DNA from: Phycisphaerae bacterium
Lineage (GTDB): Bacteria; Planctomycetota; Phycisphaerae; UBA1845; PWPN01
Assembly: GCA_030372985.1 (NCBI GenBank)
Contig: JAUCQB010000201.1
Coordinates: 1 to 24,000 of the forward strand
Direction: 5' to 3'
DNA length: 24,000 bases
Position 1 is the first letter of the stretch; each line of letters opens with the position of its first letter. This document shows positions 7,455 to 15,045 of this stretch, one piece after another. A program made the translations under genes and the position numbers. The notes below the pieces were generated by a model. It was not told the origin of the DNA, did not search any database, and saw nothing but the letters and a program-made list of their open reading frames with translations.

Positions 7455-8678
7455 ATGCCCGCTGATGTCCTGGTAACCGGAATCGGAATCGTCTCACCTG
7501 CTGGAATCAGTCGTGAGCAGACATGGCGTACGCTGTTGGCCGATGGCAGGGCGGTTCATCGTCTGGAAGGGGGGTTCGGTCCGGGATTCGGACCGCTCTG
7601 CGCAGCGACGGTCGACGGCTTCAGCCCACCCGCAGGAACCGAGCATCTTAGCCGGGTCTCCCAACTGGCCGTGGCCGCCGCAGAAGAAGCCCTCATATCA
7701 GCAAGACTGGCGACCCAATCGGAAGGTGTGCGGATCGCGGCCTCCATCGGTACAAGCAAGCCTCTCGTAGATCTGCTCCTGCCGGGTCCCTGCGGTGTCG
7801 ACCAGGATGGCACGCTTCGCACCCGGCCGCCCTGCGGATGGTTCGATTTCCTGCCGGATGCTCCCGCTCGCACGATCTGCGCCCGCTTTGGACTTGCCCC
7901 TGCACATTCAACCGTGTGTGCCTGCTCAACAGGCCTGCACGCCATCATTCACGGCGCGGAAACGATTCAGAATGGCGAGGCCGACATCGTCCTGGCGGGT
8001 AGCGCCGACTCTTCGCTGTCGCCGCTGTGGCTGGCTGCCTATCGAAACATGGGCGTGCTGGCCCAGGAACATCCAGAACTGGGACCTGCCTGGGCTTGCC
8101 GGCCCTTTGACCGACATCGCAGCGGATTCGTCGTCGGCGAGGGCGCAGCCCTGGTGATTCTGGAGTCCCGCGATTCGGCCTCCCGGCGGGGCGTCTCACC
8201 TTGGGCGCGCATCCAGGGTTGGGCGATCGGCAGCGACCCCGCGGGCCTGGCCCAGGTTTCTGAGAATGGAACCCCCCTGGCCGAGGTCGTCCGATCCGCC
8301 CTCAACCATGGATCTGTCAGATCCCAGGATATCTCCTGCCTCTACGCCCACGGGACAGCCACGCCACAGAATGACCTTGCCGAGATGAACTGTTTTCGCC
8401 AGGTCTTCGGACGACACTTGACCTCCCTGCCAGTGGTCTCAACCAAGGGCGCCATCGGCCACCTCATGGGCGCCGCCGGGGCCGTCGAGACCGCGTTGGC
8501 CGTCCTGGCCGGCCAGAGCCGCAGAAGTCCCGGCACGGCCACACTCGTCGAGCCGGACCCCGAATTCGCCGGCCTCCGCCTGCCCGCCAGAACGTTCGAC
8601 CTTGCAGCAGGGGCGATCCTGAAGACCTCCTTGGGCTTCGGCGGCCACTTGGCGGCCATCGTGGTCAAAAGGCCATAA
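7455..8678 (+). CDS. Beta-ketoacyl-ACP synthase, KAS I/II (FabF/FabB-like, Cys-His-His) family
   Basis: Active-site Cys in VCACSTGLHAI, then CRPFDRHRSGFVVGEGAALVILE, HGTATPQND, and STKGAIGHLMGAAGAVE. The start is 3 nt after the bioB stop. Confidence 0.9.
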   Translation: MPADVLVTGIGIVSPAGISREQTWRTLLADGRAVHRLEGGFGPGFGPLCAATVDGFSPPAGTEHLSRVSQLAVAAAEEALISARLATQSEGVRIAASIGTSKPLVDLLLPGPCGVDQDGTLRTRPPCGWFDFLPDAPARTICARFGLAPAHSTVCACSTGLHAIIHGAETIQNGEADIVLAGSADSSLSPLWLAAYRNMGVLAQEHPELGPAWACRPFDRHRSGFVVGEGAALVILESRDSASRRGVSPWARIQGWAIGSDPAGLAQVSENGTPLAEVVRSALNHGSVRSQDISCLYAHGTATPQNDLAEMNCFRQVFGRHLTSLPVVSTKGAIGHLMGAAGAVETALAVLAGQSRRSPGTATLVEPDPEFAGLRLPARTFDLAAGAILKTSLGFGGHLAAIVVKRP

Positions 8679-8898
8679 AATGACCAAAAACCGCTGATTT
8701 CACGCCGTTTCGTGTTATCCAGCCCCCCCACCGCTCAACGCAACATAACCTGCCTTATCGGACGTTATGGCGGGGCGGCAAAGCCCACGGCGGCTCGCCC
8801 AAGCGGCCTACTCCTCCGCCGCTCCATCGAGCCTGCGAAGGCATGTCGCGGCCGTCATCCTGGACTCTGCCTGCTGCCGACCCGGCTTGTTGATGAGG

Positions 8899-10401
8899 TC
8901 AACGATTGGGCTCCAGGCACGGCCGGAGTCGCTTATCGTCGAAGAAGGCTTGGATGCCGCCAGGTTTACGCAGGTCGTCGAATGTGTACACCTTGCCGGC
9001 CAGCGGCTCAGGCTGCAGGCTGCGGCGAGCGAACAGGCCGAGAACAATCTCCATCATCCTGGTGTTGCAGCCGCTGGTGCCGACGATGCCGGCGTTGCCG
9101 TAGTGCCAGACGCCGCTTTCAAGGGTGCACGGGCCGCGGGTGCCGGCAAAGGCCAGGATCCGGCCGCCGGTAGGCACGAGCAGAACGTGGCAATCGGCAA
9201 CGGTGGGCGGCCCGCCGGCCGCGAGGATCACGTCGTCAAAACCTTGGAACGGCTTGCCGAAGCGAGTCTGGCAGGATGGGGCGTATTGTGCGGCCACGGC
9301 TTCGCGCATCCGGTCATTTTTGCAGATGACCGTCTGGATGGGGCGGTCACAGAGGATCGACCGAACCAGGTCAGCCTTGGCCTGGCTGCGAACGATGAAC
9401 ACCACCTCGCGGGCCCTGCCCATGCGAAGAAGCGGATCATCGAGAGTAGCCAGTTGCCCGGCCATCAGGGCCATCGAACCGCTGCCGATGACGCATGCGA
9501 GGCCGCCCTGCCGACAGCCCTTGACCAGGATCGATCCCTGGGCGTCCTGGCCTACCTCGTGCGTGCTTTTCTGGAAGCAATCAAGCAAACAGGCGGTCGG
9601 CTCGGCGAGGGCGGCCGCTTGGGGTGACACCCCCGCCGGAACGCGGATGATGGAGCCGCTGCAGATCATCTCGGGCGTCAGGCGAACGAGGGCCGCGTAG
9701 GCGCCGCCCTGATTCATCGCCAAGTCGGTGATGTTGCCGCCGAGAAGCTGCACGCCGCGAGCTTCAGGCATGCCGGCCGGCGGTGGATCGTAGTACGCAA
9801 CCCGGCTCTGCAGGACACATTTCTCGCCGGGCTGGAAATCGAGGTACTCGTGGCTCAGCTCCACGCCATCCAGGTAGCCGATGCCTCGTTTCAGCTCCCG
9901 AACCCGTGACCCGACGCGCTCGATGGTGACGACCGTCTCGTGCCCGAGAATGCGACCCCAATACAGGCGCATCATCGAAGGCAGAGTCTTCCTCTGATCC
10001 TCCGGCAGGGCGGCAATTTGCCCGGCAAGCTCGCGGTAAAGAGGATCTTTCACATCGGAGCGAGGCTGCCCCCCCATCGCCAGGTCCGCGTAGTCGGTGA
10101 AGGGCACCGGCCCGGCCGGTTCCTTGCATCGAAAGATCCCTTTCAGCTCGTCCAGGAGCGACTCCTCGCACTGATCGGGCCGCCCGTCCCGGAAGATCTT
10201 CACGTCGGTACCGCATCGGTGAACCCGGTCCACGCGGGCGATGATATCCTGGTCCGTGCACACAATTGGCCGGTTGTCGATGACCGCCTTGTGCTCTTTG
10301 CCAAAATACACCAGGGAGGTCATCGTGGACGACCATTCGATGGGGCGCCCGTCGCGCCGCCCCCCTACCGTCGTTTCCGGCCAATGCGGTGTGAACGCCA
10401 C
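8899..10401 (-). CDS. Medium-chain (zinc-type) dehydrogenase/reductase family protein with a large insertion in the catalytic domain
   Basis: RCGTDVKIF (CGxD zinc-Cys motif) and ILGHETVVTIERVG (GHE motif) are separated by ~90 aa instead of the usual ~25. Rossmann motif VIGSGSMALMAG. GTG 10401 is preceded by GGGGGG. An alternative ATG 10323 gives MTSLVYFGKEH. Confidence 0.8.
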   Translation of the reverse strand: MAFTPHWPETTVGGRRDGRPIEWSSTMTSLVYFGKEHKAVIDNRPIVCTDQDIIARVDRVHRCGTDVKIFRDGRPDQCEESLLDELKGIFRCKEPAGPVPFTDYADLAMGGQPRSDVKDPLYRELAGQIAALPEDQRKTLPSMMRLYWGRILGHETVVTIERVGSRVRELKRGIGYLDGVELSHEYLDFQPGEKCVLQSRVAYYDPPPAGMPEARGVQLLGGNITDLAMNQGGAYAALVRLTPEMICSGSIIRVPAGVSPQAAALAEPTACLLDCFQKSTHEVGQDAQGSILVKGCRQGGLACVIGSGSMALMAGQLATLDDPLLRMGRAREVVFIVRSQAKADLVRSILCDRPIQTVICKNDRMREAVAAQYAPSCQTRFGKPFQGFDDVILAAGGPPTVADCHVLLVPTGGRILAFAGTRGPCTLESGVWHYGNAGIVGTSGCNTRMMEIVLGLFARRSLQPEPLAGKVYTFDDLRKPGGIQAFFDDKRLRPCLEPNR

Positions 10402-10410
10402 GATACCCCC

Positions 10411-11439
10411 CTACCCGCCAAGCCTGGCGTATCCCAGAGTCGTCAGCATCTCCTGGCAGACCTCGGCCACGTGCCGCCGGCGGATGTCGTGGAAATACGA
10501 CTCGCTGTTGATCCAAAGGTTCTTGTCCTTCTCAGCGACATCCGCGTGCTTGCGGAGAAGTCCGGCGATCTTGTTGCCGGCTCCAACGGCCATGGCGGTG
10601 TAGAAATTGACCTTCACAATCCCGTCGGCCGGCGTTGTCCCTACCTTGCCGCCCAGGCAGCTCGATCCGTGAAGCGACATGATCGCACCGACCCGGTCCC
10701 GAATCGCCTGGGCCAGGTCCCGCTCATATCGGCGCTCCGCGGCGCCCACTCCCACACTGCGGTGTTCCGTGCCCAGGTTGGGCACGATCAGGTCGACGCC
10801 TGTTTTCTCGACGAATTCCGCCACCTTGTCCGGCTTGGAGAGCTGGTCCTCGCGTGAAAGCTTGAGCCGCATGATGTCCTTCGGGTCGTAGATCTTGTCC
10901 GAGGCCCCTTCGATCACCACCCGGCTGCCGAATTTCCGAACATAGTCGCGGACATGGCGGATGTTCTCGTCGTAGTCATACTTGCTGGCGTCGTACATGA
11001 TCATGGACATGCGATCGACCACACGAGGATCGTGCAGCAAGGCCAGATCGTCCTTGTCCGGCACCCACCCATGGTCGATGAACGGCATCACCCGCACGGC
11101 CGGGCACGTGTCCAACAGGTCCTCATAGACCCCCAGTGTCCGCAGCCAGATCTCGCAGCCCTCGCGGACGTTTCCACCGGCCAGACCGGAGACGTTCTCG
11201 GCAATGCGGCAACCTAACGAGACCTTCCGGAACTGCGGGTTGTCCGCGTACATCGAGGTCATGCCGACGGCGATCGGGAGGTCGGCAATCCTGTGGGTCT
11301 CCGCGAACGTTTGTGCCCCGATCAGCAGCCCTTCGATCTCAGCGGGCTGCTCGCCGTTCGGGGCAAACAAGGCCACTTCCGCCTTGCGGCAGCGGTCCAG
11401 GATGGCCAGGGTTTCTGAGCGGTCGGTAACCAGTCGCAC
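10411..11439 (-). CDS. Class II (metal-dependent) ketose-bisphosphate aldolase family protein, divergent
   Basis: MPFIDHGW (DH motif), VPNLGTEHR, IMSLHGSS, and GIVKVNFYTAMA match class II FBA/tagatose-bisphosphate aldolase blocks. GTG start with GGAG 8 nt upstream. Confidence 0.85.
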   Translation of the reverse strand: MRLVTDRSETLAILDRCRKAEVALFAPNGEQPAEIEGLLIGAQTFAETHRIADLPIAVGMTSMYADNPQFRKVSLGCRIAENVSGLAGGNVREGCEIWLRTLGVYEDLLDTCPAVRVMPFIDHGWVPDKDDLALLHDPRVVDRMSMIMYDASKYDYDENIRHVRDYVRKFGSRVVIEGASDKIYDPKDIMRLKLSREDQLSKPDKVAEFVEKTGVDLIVPNLGTEHRSVGVGAAERRYERDLAQAIRDRVGAIMSLHGSSCLGGKVGTTPADGIVKVNFYTAMAVGAGNKIAGLLRKHADVAEKDKNLWINSESYFHDIRRRHVAEVCQEMLTTLGYARLGG

Positions 11440-11477
11440 GGTTCATTCTCCAGAGCCGGGAACAATGGAAGGCAACG

Positions 11478-11505
11478 ATTATAGAGAAACAGGCCGGCGA
11501 GCCAA
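11478..11505 (-). promoter_or_regulatory. Putative sigma70-type promoter for the aldolase-dehydrogenase pair
   Basis: On the minus strand: TTGGCT (11505-11500), 16-nt spacer, TATAAT (11483-11478), about 40 nt upstream of the GTG at 11439. Confidence 0.4.
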
Positions 11506-11515
11506 GCAGCGGACA

Positions 11516-11836
11516 TCAATCGTCCGCCTCGGGCAGATATCGATACAGGAGTGCAACGCGACCCGTCCTCTGGACAAGATGACAGGGAACGGAGACGGCC
11601 AGGGCGGTGGCCATTTGTTGCGCGTCGTCCCGATCGTCGACATCGATTCGCACCTTGAGTAAATCGGCGTGCTCGAAACACTGCCGGATATGAGCTGCAA
11701 ACGCCTCAGTGAGGCCTTCACGCCCCAATGTCAACCGGGCCTTCAGCTTGTGGCCGCGGACCAACAGCCCGCGACGAACCTGAGGCGTTGGCGCCGGGCC
11801 CGGGTCGGAACCAGAGGATTCGATTGCCGAAGTCAT
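11516..11836 (-). CDS. yhbY: YhbY/CRS1-type (CRM domain) RNA-binding protein
   Basis: RGHKLKARLTLGREGLTEAFAAHIRQCFEHADLLKVRI...VQRTGRVALLYR matches the YhbY pattern. I place the start at ATG 11836. The Arg/Pro-rich upstream extension of the track ORF looks non-coding. Confidence 0.8.
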   Translation of the reverse strand: MTSAIESSGSDPGPAPTPQVRRGLLVRGHKLKARLTLGREGLTEAFAAHIRQCFEHADLLKVRIDVDDRDDAQQMATALAVSVPCHLVQRTGRVALLYRYLPEADD

Positions 11837-12069
11837 GATCCCACGATACAGCCTCGCGTCGCGGACGACAACATGACGGCGGCCGGCAGAAAGCATATCG
11901 GGGCGCGACCGCCCCAGCGGACGGCGAAACCCGGGACCGGCTCGTCGATCAGGCTCTCGCCGGGAGGGCAGCCGCCCGGGAAGCCTCGACCGACGGACCG
12001 GGCCGATCATCGGTCCTTGTGTCGGCTGCCTGATACGTCGCCCGCCAACCTGCGGCATCCGACATCCTG

Positions 12070-12098
12070 TTGCCTGGCACACGATTCACGCATAAAAT
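12070..12098 (+). promoter_or_regulatory. Putative sigma70-type promoter for frr
   Basis: TTGCCT (12070-12075), 17-nt spacer, TAAAAT (12093-12098). GGAG at 12134-12137 precedes ATG 12150. Confidence 0.45.
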
Positions 12099-12149
12099 GG
12101 CGGCTCGCAAAACACGTTGGAGACTGTTGAGACTCTGGAGCAATGACAC

Positions 12150-12716
12150 ATGCCGGTGGACGAGATCGAATTTGAGTGTGAAGAGTCAATGGAGAAGGCG
12201 GTTGAGTTCCTTCGTCAGGAGCTCAGGACAGTGCGGACGGGGCGGGCTTCTCCGGGTCTGGTGGAACACCTCAAGGTCACTGTGGAGTCCTATGGTTCAA
12301 CGATGGAACTGCGCGAACTGGCGAGCATCTCCGTCCCCGAGAACAACCAGTTGCTTCTCAAGCCTTTCGATCCGGGCACGCTCAAGGATATCGAACGAGC
12401 GATACGCGGCTCCGAACTGGGCATCACCCCGATGAGCGACGGCAAGATCATCCGCCTGCCCGTGCCCCCGCTTTCGGGGGAACGGCGGCAACAACTGCTG
12501 ACACAGGTTCGCAAGCTGGGCGAGGCGCAGAAGGTTGCCATCCGTAACGTTCGCAGGGACGGCAACAAGAACCTCGATGCGGAGGAGAAGAGTAAGGTGA
12601 TATCCGAGGACGATGCCGAGGCCTCCAAGGAGCGAATCCAGGAGTTGACCAAGAAGTATGAATTGCAGGTCGACGCCCTCGTTGCCGCCAAGGCCAAAGA
12701 GATCGAACAAGGCTGA
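12150..12716 (+). CDS. frr: Ribosome recycling factor
   Basis: The full-length 188-aa sequence matches RRF (MEKAVEFLRQELRTVRTGRASPGLVEHLKV...IRLPVPPLSGERRQQL...IRNVRRDGN). Confidence 0.97.
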   Translation: MPVDEIEFECEESMEKAVEFLRQELRTVRTGRASPGLVEHLKVTVESYGSTMELRELASISVPENNQLLLKPFDPGTLKDIERAIRGSELGITPMSDGKIIRLPVPPLSGERRQQLLTQVRKLGEAQKVAIRNVRRDGNKNLDAEEKSKVISEDDAEASKERIQELTKKYELQVDALVAAKAKEIEQG

Positions 12717-12763
12717 GCCCGCCGGCGGGCCTCCATCGACAGCAACCCGACGATGGCCATACC

Positions 12764-14236
12764 ATGCCAAGGATGGTGCGAGCACGTTTTGAGGATCCCG
12801 AATCCAGCCTGCCGCCCGGCAAGGCACAGCAGCCGGGCGATGCTTCGTCTCTTCCGGCGCCCCTGCTTCAGCACCCTGCCGTGGGCGGGAGCATCGTACT
12901 GGTCGCGGCCGCCGGTATGCAGATGGTCGTATGGCTTGTGGGGCTGCGTCTGCCGACACCTCGACCAGTGCCTCCCTCCAGCCTCGTCGCCCACGGCTTG
13001 CTGTACGACCTGATCGGTGAAGCCCTCGCAGGCCACGGCATGGAGGCCACGGAGGTCACCTCGATTCTCTTTGTCGCTAACCTGCTGCTGGCCATGCTCT
13101 CGGGGATTGCCTGGTATGGTATCGGTCGACTGGGGCTCGGACCGAAATGGGGGCTGTGGGTCGGCCTTTTCTGGGTGGTGCATCCATCCTTCTCGTTTCT
13201 GGCGAACCAGGCCGACCAACTCAACGCGATGATCGCCCTTGTCGCCGCGGCGTGGTGCGTCCTGTTGTGGTGGCGACGATCGCGAAGGGCCGGCGCGGCT
13301 GTGCTCCTGGGTCTACTGGCGGCTTTGATCCTGACCATCGGCCCTCAATCGCTCATTTTCCTGGCGATCGCACTTCTGGCGATGCTGTTCTCGACACGGG
13401 GAGCCAACGGCGGCAGAGCTGCCGGTGCGTTTGTTGCTCTGACGGCCTTCCTGGTCGGGACGACGCTTCTCGCTGCGGCCGTCGCGCTGCCGCGATTATC
13501 CAGAGCACTGACGGAAAGCCCCGACAAGAACGAAGTTACTCCATCGCATTCTCAATCTCCCCCGGCATGGCCTCACACCGCCTGCCGGCTTGCGGCAGGC
13601 GTGCCGCAGCCGCAAGACGCTCTCCGACTTCGGATGGTCCTCCGATTCTTCCTGATCCGAGATCGGCTTCTGGACGATCTGACGCGAATCACCGCACGGA
13701 TTGACGCCGATCTTTGGAGCACGCTGGATGACGCCAGCGGCTCACACATCGCCGACGCCGCCGTAATCGCTTCGCCGCTTGGGACCGCATCTCGCCCCCC
13801 CGCCGCGAGATTCCTCATTGAACAGTGCCGGGTGGCTCCCGCTCAAACCCTCGCGTGGCTGGGCGAGCGCATGTGGAAGTCAGTCTACGCCACGAGACAC
13901 CGCCGGGTTCACTACCCGTTCATCCTTCTCCAGTTTCTCTGGTCGATCCCGGCCTTCTGGGGCCTCTGGATCGCTGTCCGGTATCGCCCCTGGCGATGGC
14001 TGGCCCTGACTGGAGGCTTGTTCTCCTGTTGCCAGTGGGTTCTGGTGGCGGTGGCCGATCCGCTCGCCCGGAACCTGGTGCCAGTTGGCGGCTTTGTCGT
14101 GCTGTTCGCCCTGGTGGGGATAACCGATGTTTACGAGCGGTTTTTCGGCCGCCGATTGACCGCTCCCGCTCCGGCATCGCGACCAGCCAGACTGAAGCGT
14201 ATTCAGCGGAATCTCAATGGCGGTACCGGCGACTAG
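12764..14236 (+). CDS. Polytopic integral membrane protein of unknown function. A GT-C/PMT-like glycosyltransferase fold is only a guess.
   Basis: 490-aa ORF with about 9-11 hydrophobic segments, a central soluble loop of ~110 aa and a basic C-terminal tail. I recognise no diagnostic catalytic motif. Confidence 0.65.
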   Translation: MPRMVRARFEDPESSLPPGKAQQPGDASSLPAPLLQHPAVGGSIVLVAAAGMQMVVWLVGLRLPTPRPVPPSSLVAHGLLYDLIGEALAGHGMEATEVTSILFVANLLLAMLSGIAWYGIGRLGLGPKWGLWVGLFWVVHPSFSFLANQADQLNAMIALVAAAWCVLLWWRRSRRAGAAVLLGLLAALILTIGPQSLIFLAIALLAMLFSTRGANGGRAAGAFVALTAFLVGTTLLAAAVALPRLSRALTESPDKNEVTPSHSQSPPAWPHTACRLAAGVPQPQDALRLRMVLRFFLIRDRLLDDLTRITARIDADLWSTLDDASGSHIADAAVIASPLGTASRPPAARFLIEQCRVAPAQTLAWLGERMWKSVYATRHRRVHYPFILLQFLWSIPAFWGLWIAVRYRPWRWLALTGGLFSCCQWVLVAVADPLARNLVPVGGFVVLFALVGITDVYERFFGRRLTAPAPASRPARLKRIQRNLNGGTGD

Positions 14237-14274
14237 GTGGCCGGGCAGTCAACAAGTGCTGGCGCAAGCCGCTG

Positions 14275-14303
14275 TTGCAGGGGCGGGCGATTCGCCGTAT
14301 AAT
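14275..14303 (+). promoter_or_regulatory. Strong sigma70-type promoter upstream of the HNH endonuclease gene
   Basis: TTGCAG (14275-14280), 17-nt spacer, perfect TATAAT (14298-14303). Confidence 0.55.
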
Positions 14304-14468
14304 GCAGACAATCGTTGCATGCAGGGCTGGCCACGGCCGGGTCCCTGCTTTATGGGACTCGGGCCGTAGAAGGAGGGTGTTGCCTTCCCCACGGCGATCT
14401 CAACGAGTGCTGTTCTCGACCCCGCTTCAGGCCTGAGTCATCATGTCCTCATCCTGAACCGCCACTAT

Positions 14469-15041
14469 ATGCCCATTCGGGTGACAACCGCGAAGCGGGC
14501 ATTCTCGCTGCTCTATCGCAATCTGGCCGAAGTGGTTCACGTCGAGGAGGACCAGTATCTCTCCTACGACTTCGAGAGCTGGCGGGAGGTCAGCCAGCTC
14601 AAGCAGCGTTTTGAGCCGGAGCGCCACGATTGGGTGCGAACGGTCCGTTTCAGCCTGGTCGTGCCGCGGATCATTCGGCTCGTGTTCTATGACCGCCTGC
14701 CCCGACGGGGGGTAAAGTTCAACCGCCGCAACATCTTCGCCCGGGACAACAACTGCTGCCAGTATTGCGGCCGGAAGTTCCCGACCACCGAGTTAAGCCT
14801 CGATCACATCATCCCCCGCAGCCAGGGCGGTACCACCAACTGGGAGAACGTCGTCTGCGCCTGTCTCAGGTGCAACATTCAGAAAGGCGGCCGAACCCCC
14901 GAACAGGCCCACCTCAGACTGATCGCCAGACCGGTAAAGCCCCGTCGCAGTCCGGTTCTCAATCTCAAGTTGTCACACGACAAGTATCGCTCCTGGAAGC
15001 AGTTCCTCGACCATGCTTACTGGAATGTCGAGCTGAAGTAA
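14469..15041 (+). CDS. HNH endonuclease (about 190-aa stand-alone family with an N-terminal VLxLN...Y.P domain)
   Basis: CCQYCG...LSLDHIIPRSQGGTTNWENVVCACLRCNIQKG is an HNH motif with CxxC/CxxC zinc ligands. The first canonical start is ATG 14469, but family-like residues HHVLILNRHY are encoded in frame just upstream (see findings). Confidence 0.88.
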   Translation: MPIRVTTAKRAFSLLYRNLAEVVHVEEDQYLSYDFESWREVSQLKQRFEPERHDWVRTVRFSLVVPRIIRLVFYDRLPRRGVKFNRRNIFARDNNCCQYCGRKFPTTELSLDHIIPRSQGGTTNWENVVCACLRCNIQKGGRTPEQAHLRLIARPVKPRRSPVLNLKLSHDKYRSWKQFLDHAYWNVELK

Positions 15042-15045
15042 ACTC

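Noticed and set aside
8679-8898. 220-nt convergent spacer between the ketosynthase and the MDR gene, inspected for a tRNA, small RNA or terminator
   Set aside because: There is no tRNA-like T-loop/anticodon architecture and no strong hairpin with a U-tract. Only short 4-5 bp stems were visible, and I cannot support an RNA gene by eye.
11837-12082. 82-aa N-terminal extension of the yhbY ORF (track ORF 11516..12082)
   Set aside because: The extension is Arg/Pro/Gly-rich (…RRSRLPGRLPSRREPDRRAGPGFRRPLGRSRP…) and overlaps the predicted frr promoter. YhbY-type proteins are ~100 aa, and homology begins after ATG 11836.
12717-12730. Perfect 14-nt GC palindrome GCCCGCCGGCGGGC immediately after the frr stop, considered as an intrinsic terminator
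   Set aside because: The stem could form only with a 2-4 nt loop, and no T-tract follows it. The next gene starts 34 nt later, so read-through is equally likely. This is not enough to call a terminator.
14315-14614. TTG-started 99-aa Cys-rich ORF (…GGCCLPHGDLNECCSRPRF…) beginning just after the predicted TSS and overlapping the HNH start
   Set aside because: After ~14430 its third-position GC collapses while the HNH frame takes over, and the sequence has no recognisable motif. It is most likely a chance frame across the leader, although the leader itself is flagged as a finding.
14469-15041. The HNH endonuclease as part of a defence system or homing element
   Set aside because: It is a single gene with its own promoter. 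There is no adjacent methyltransferase, ATPase, helicase, intron or intein context. The neighbours are housekeeping genes (frr-side membrane protein, pgeF).
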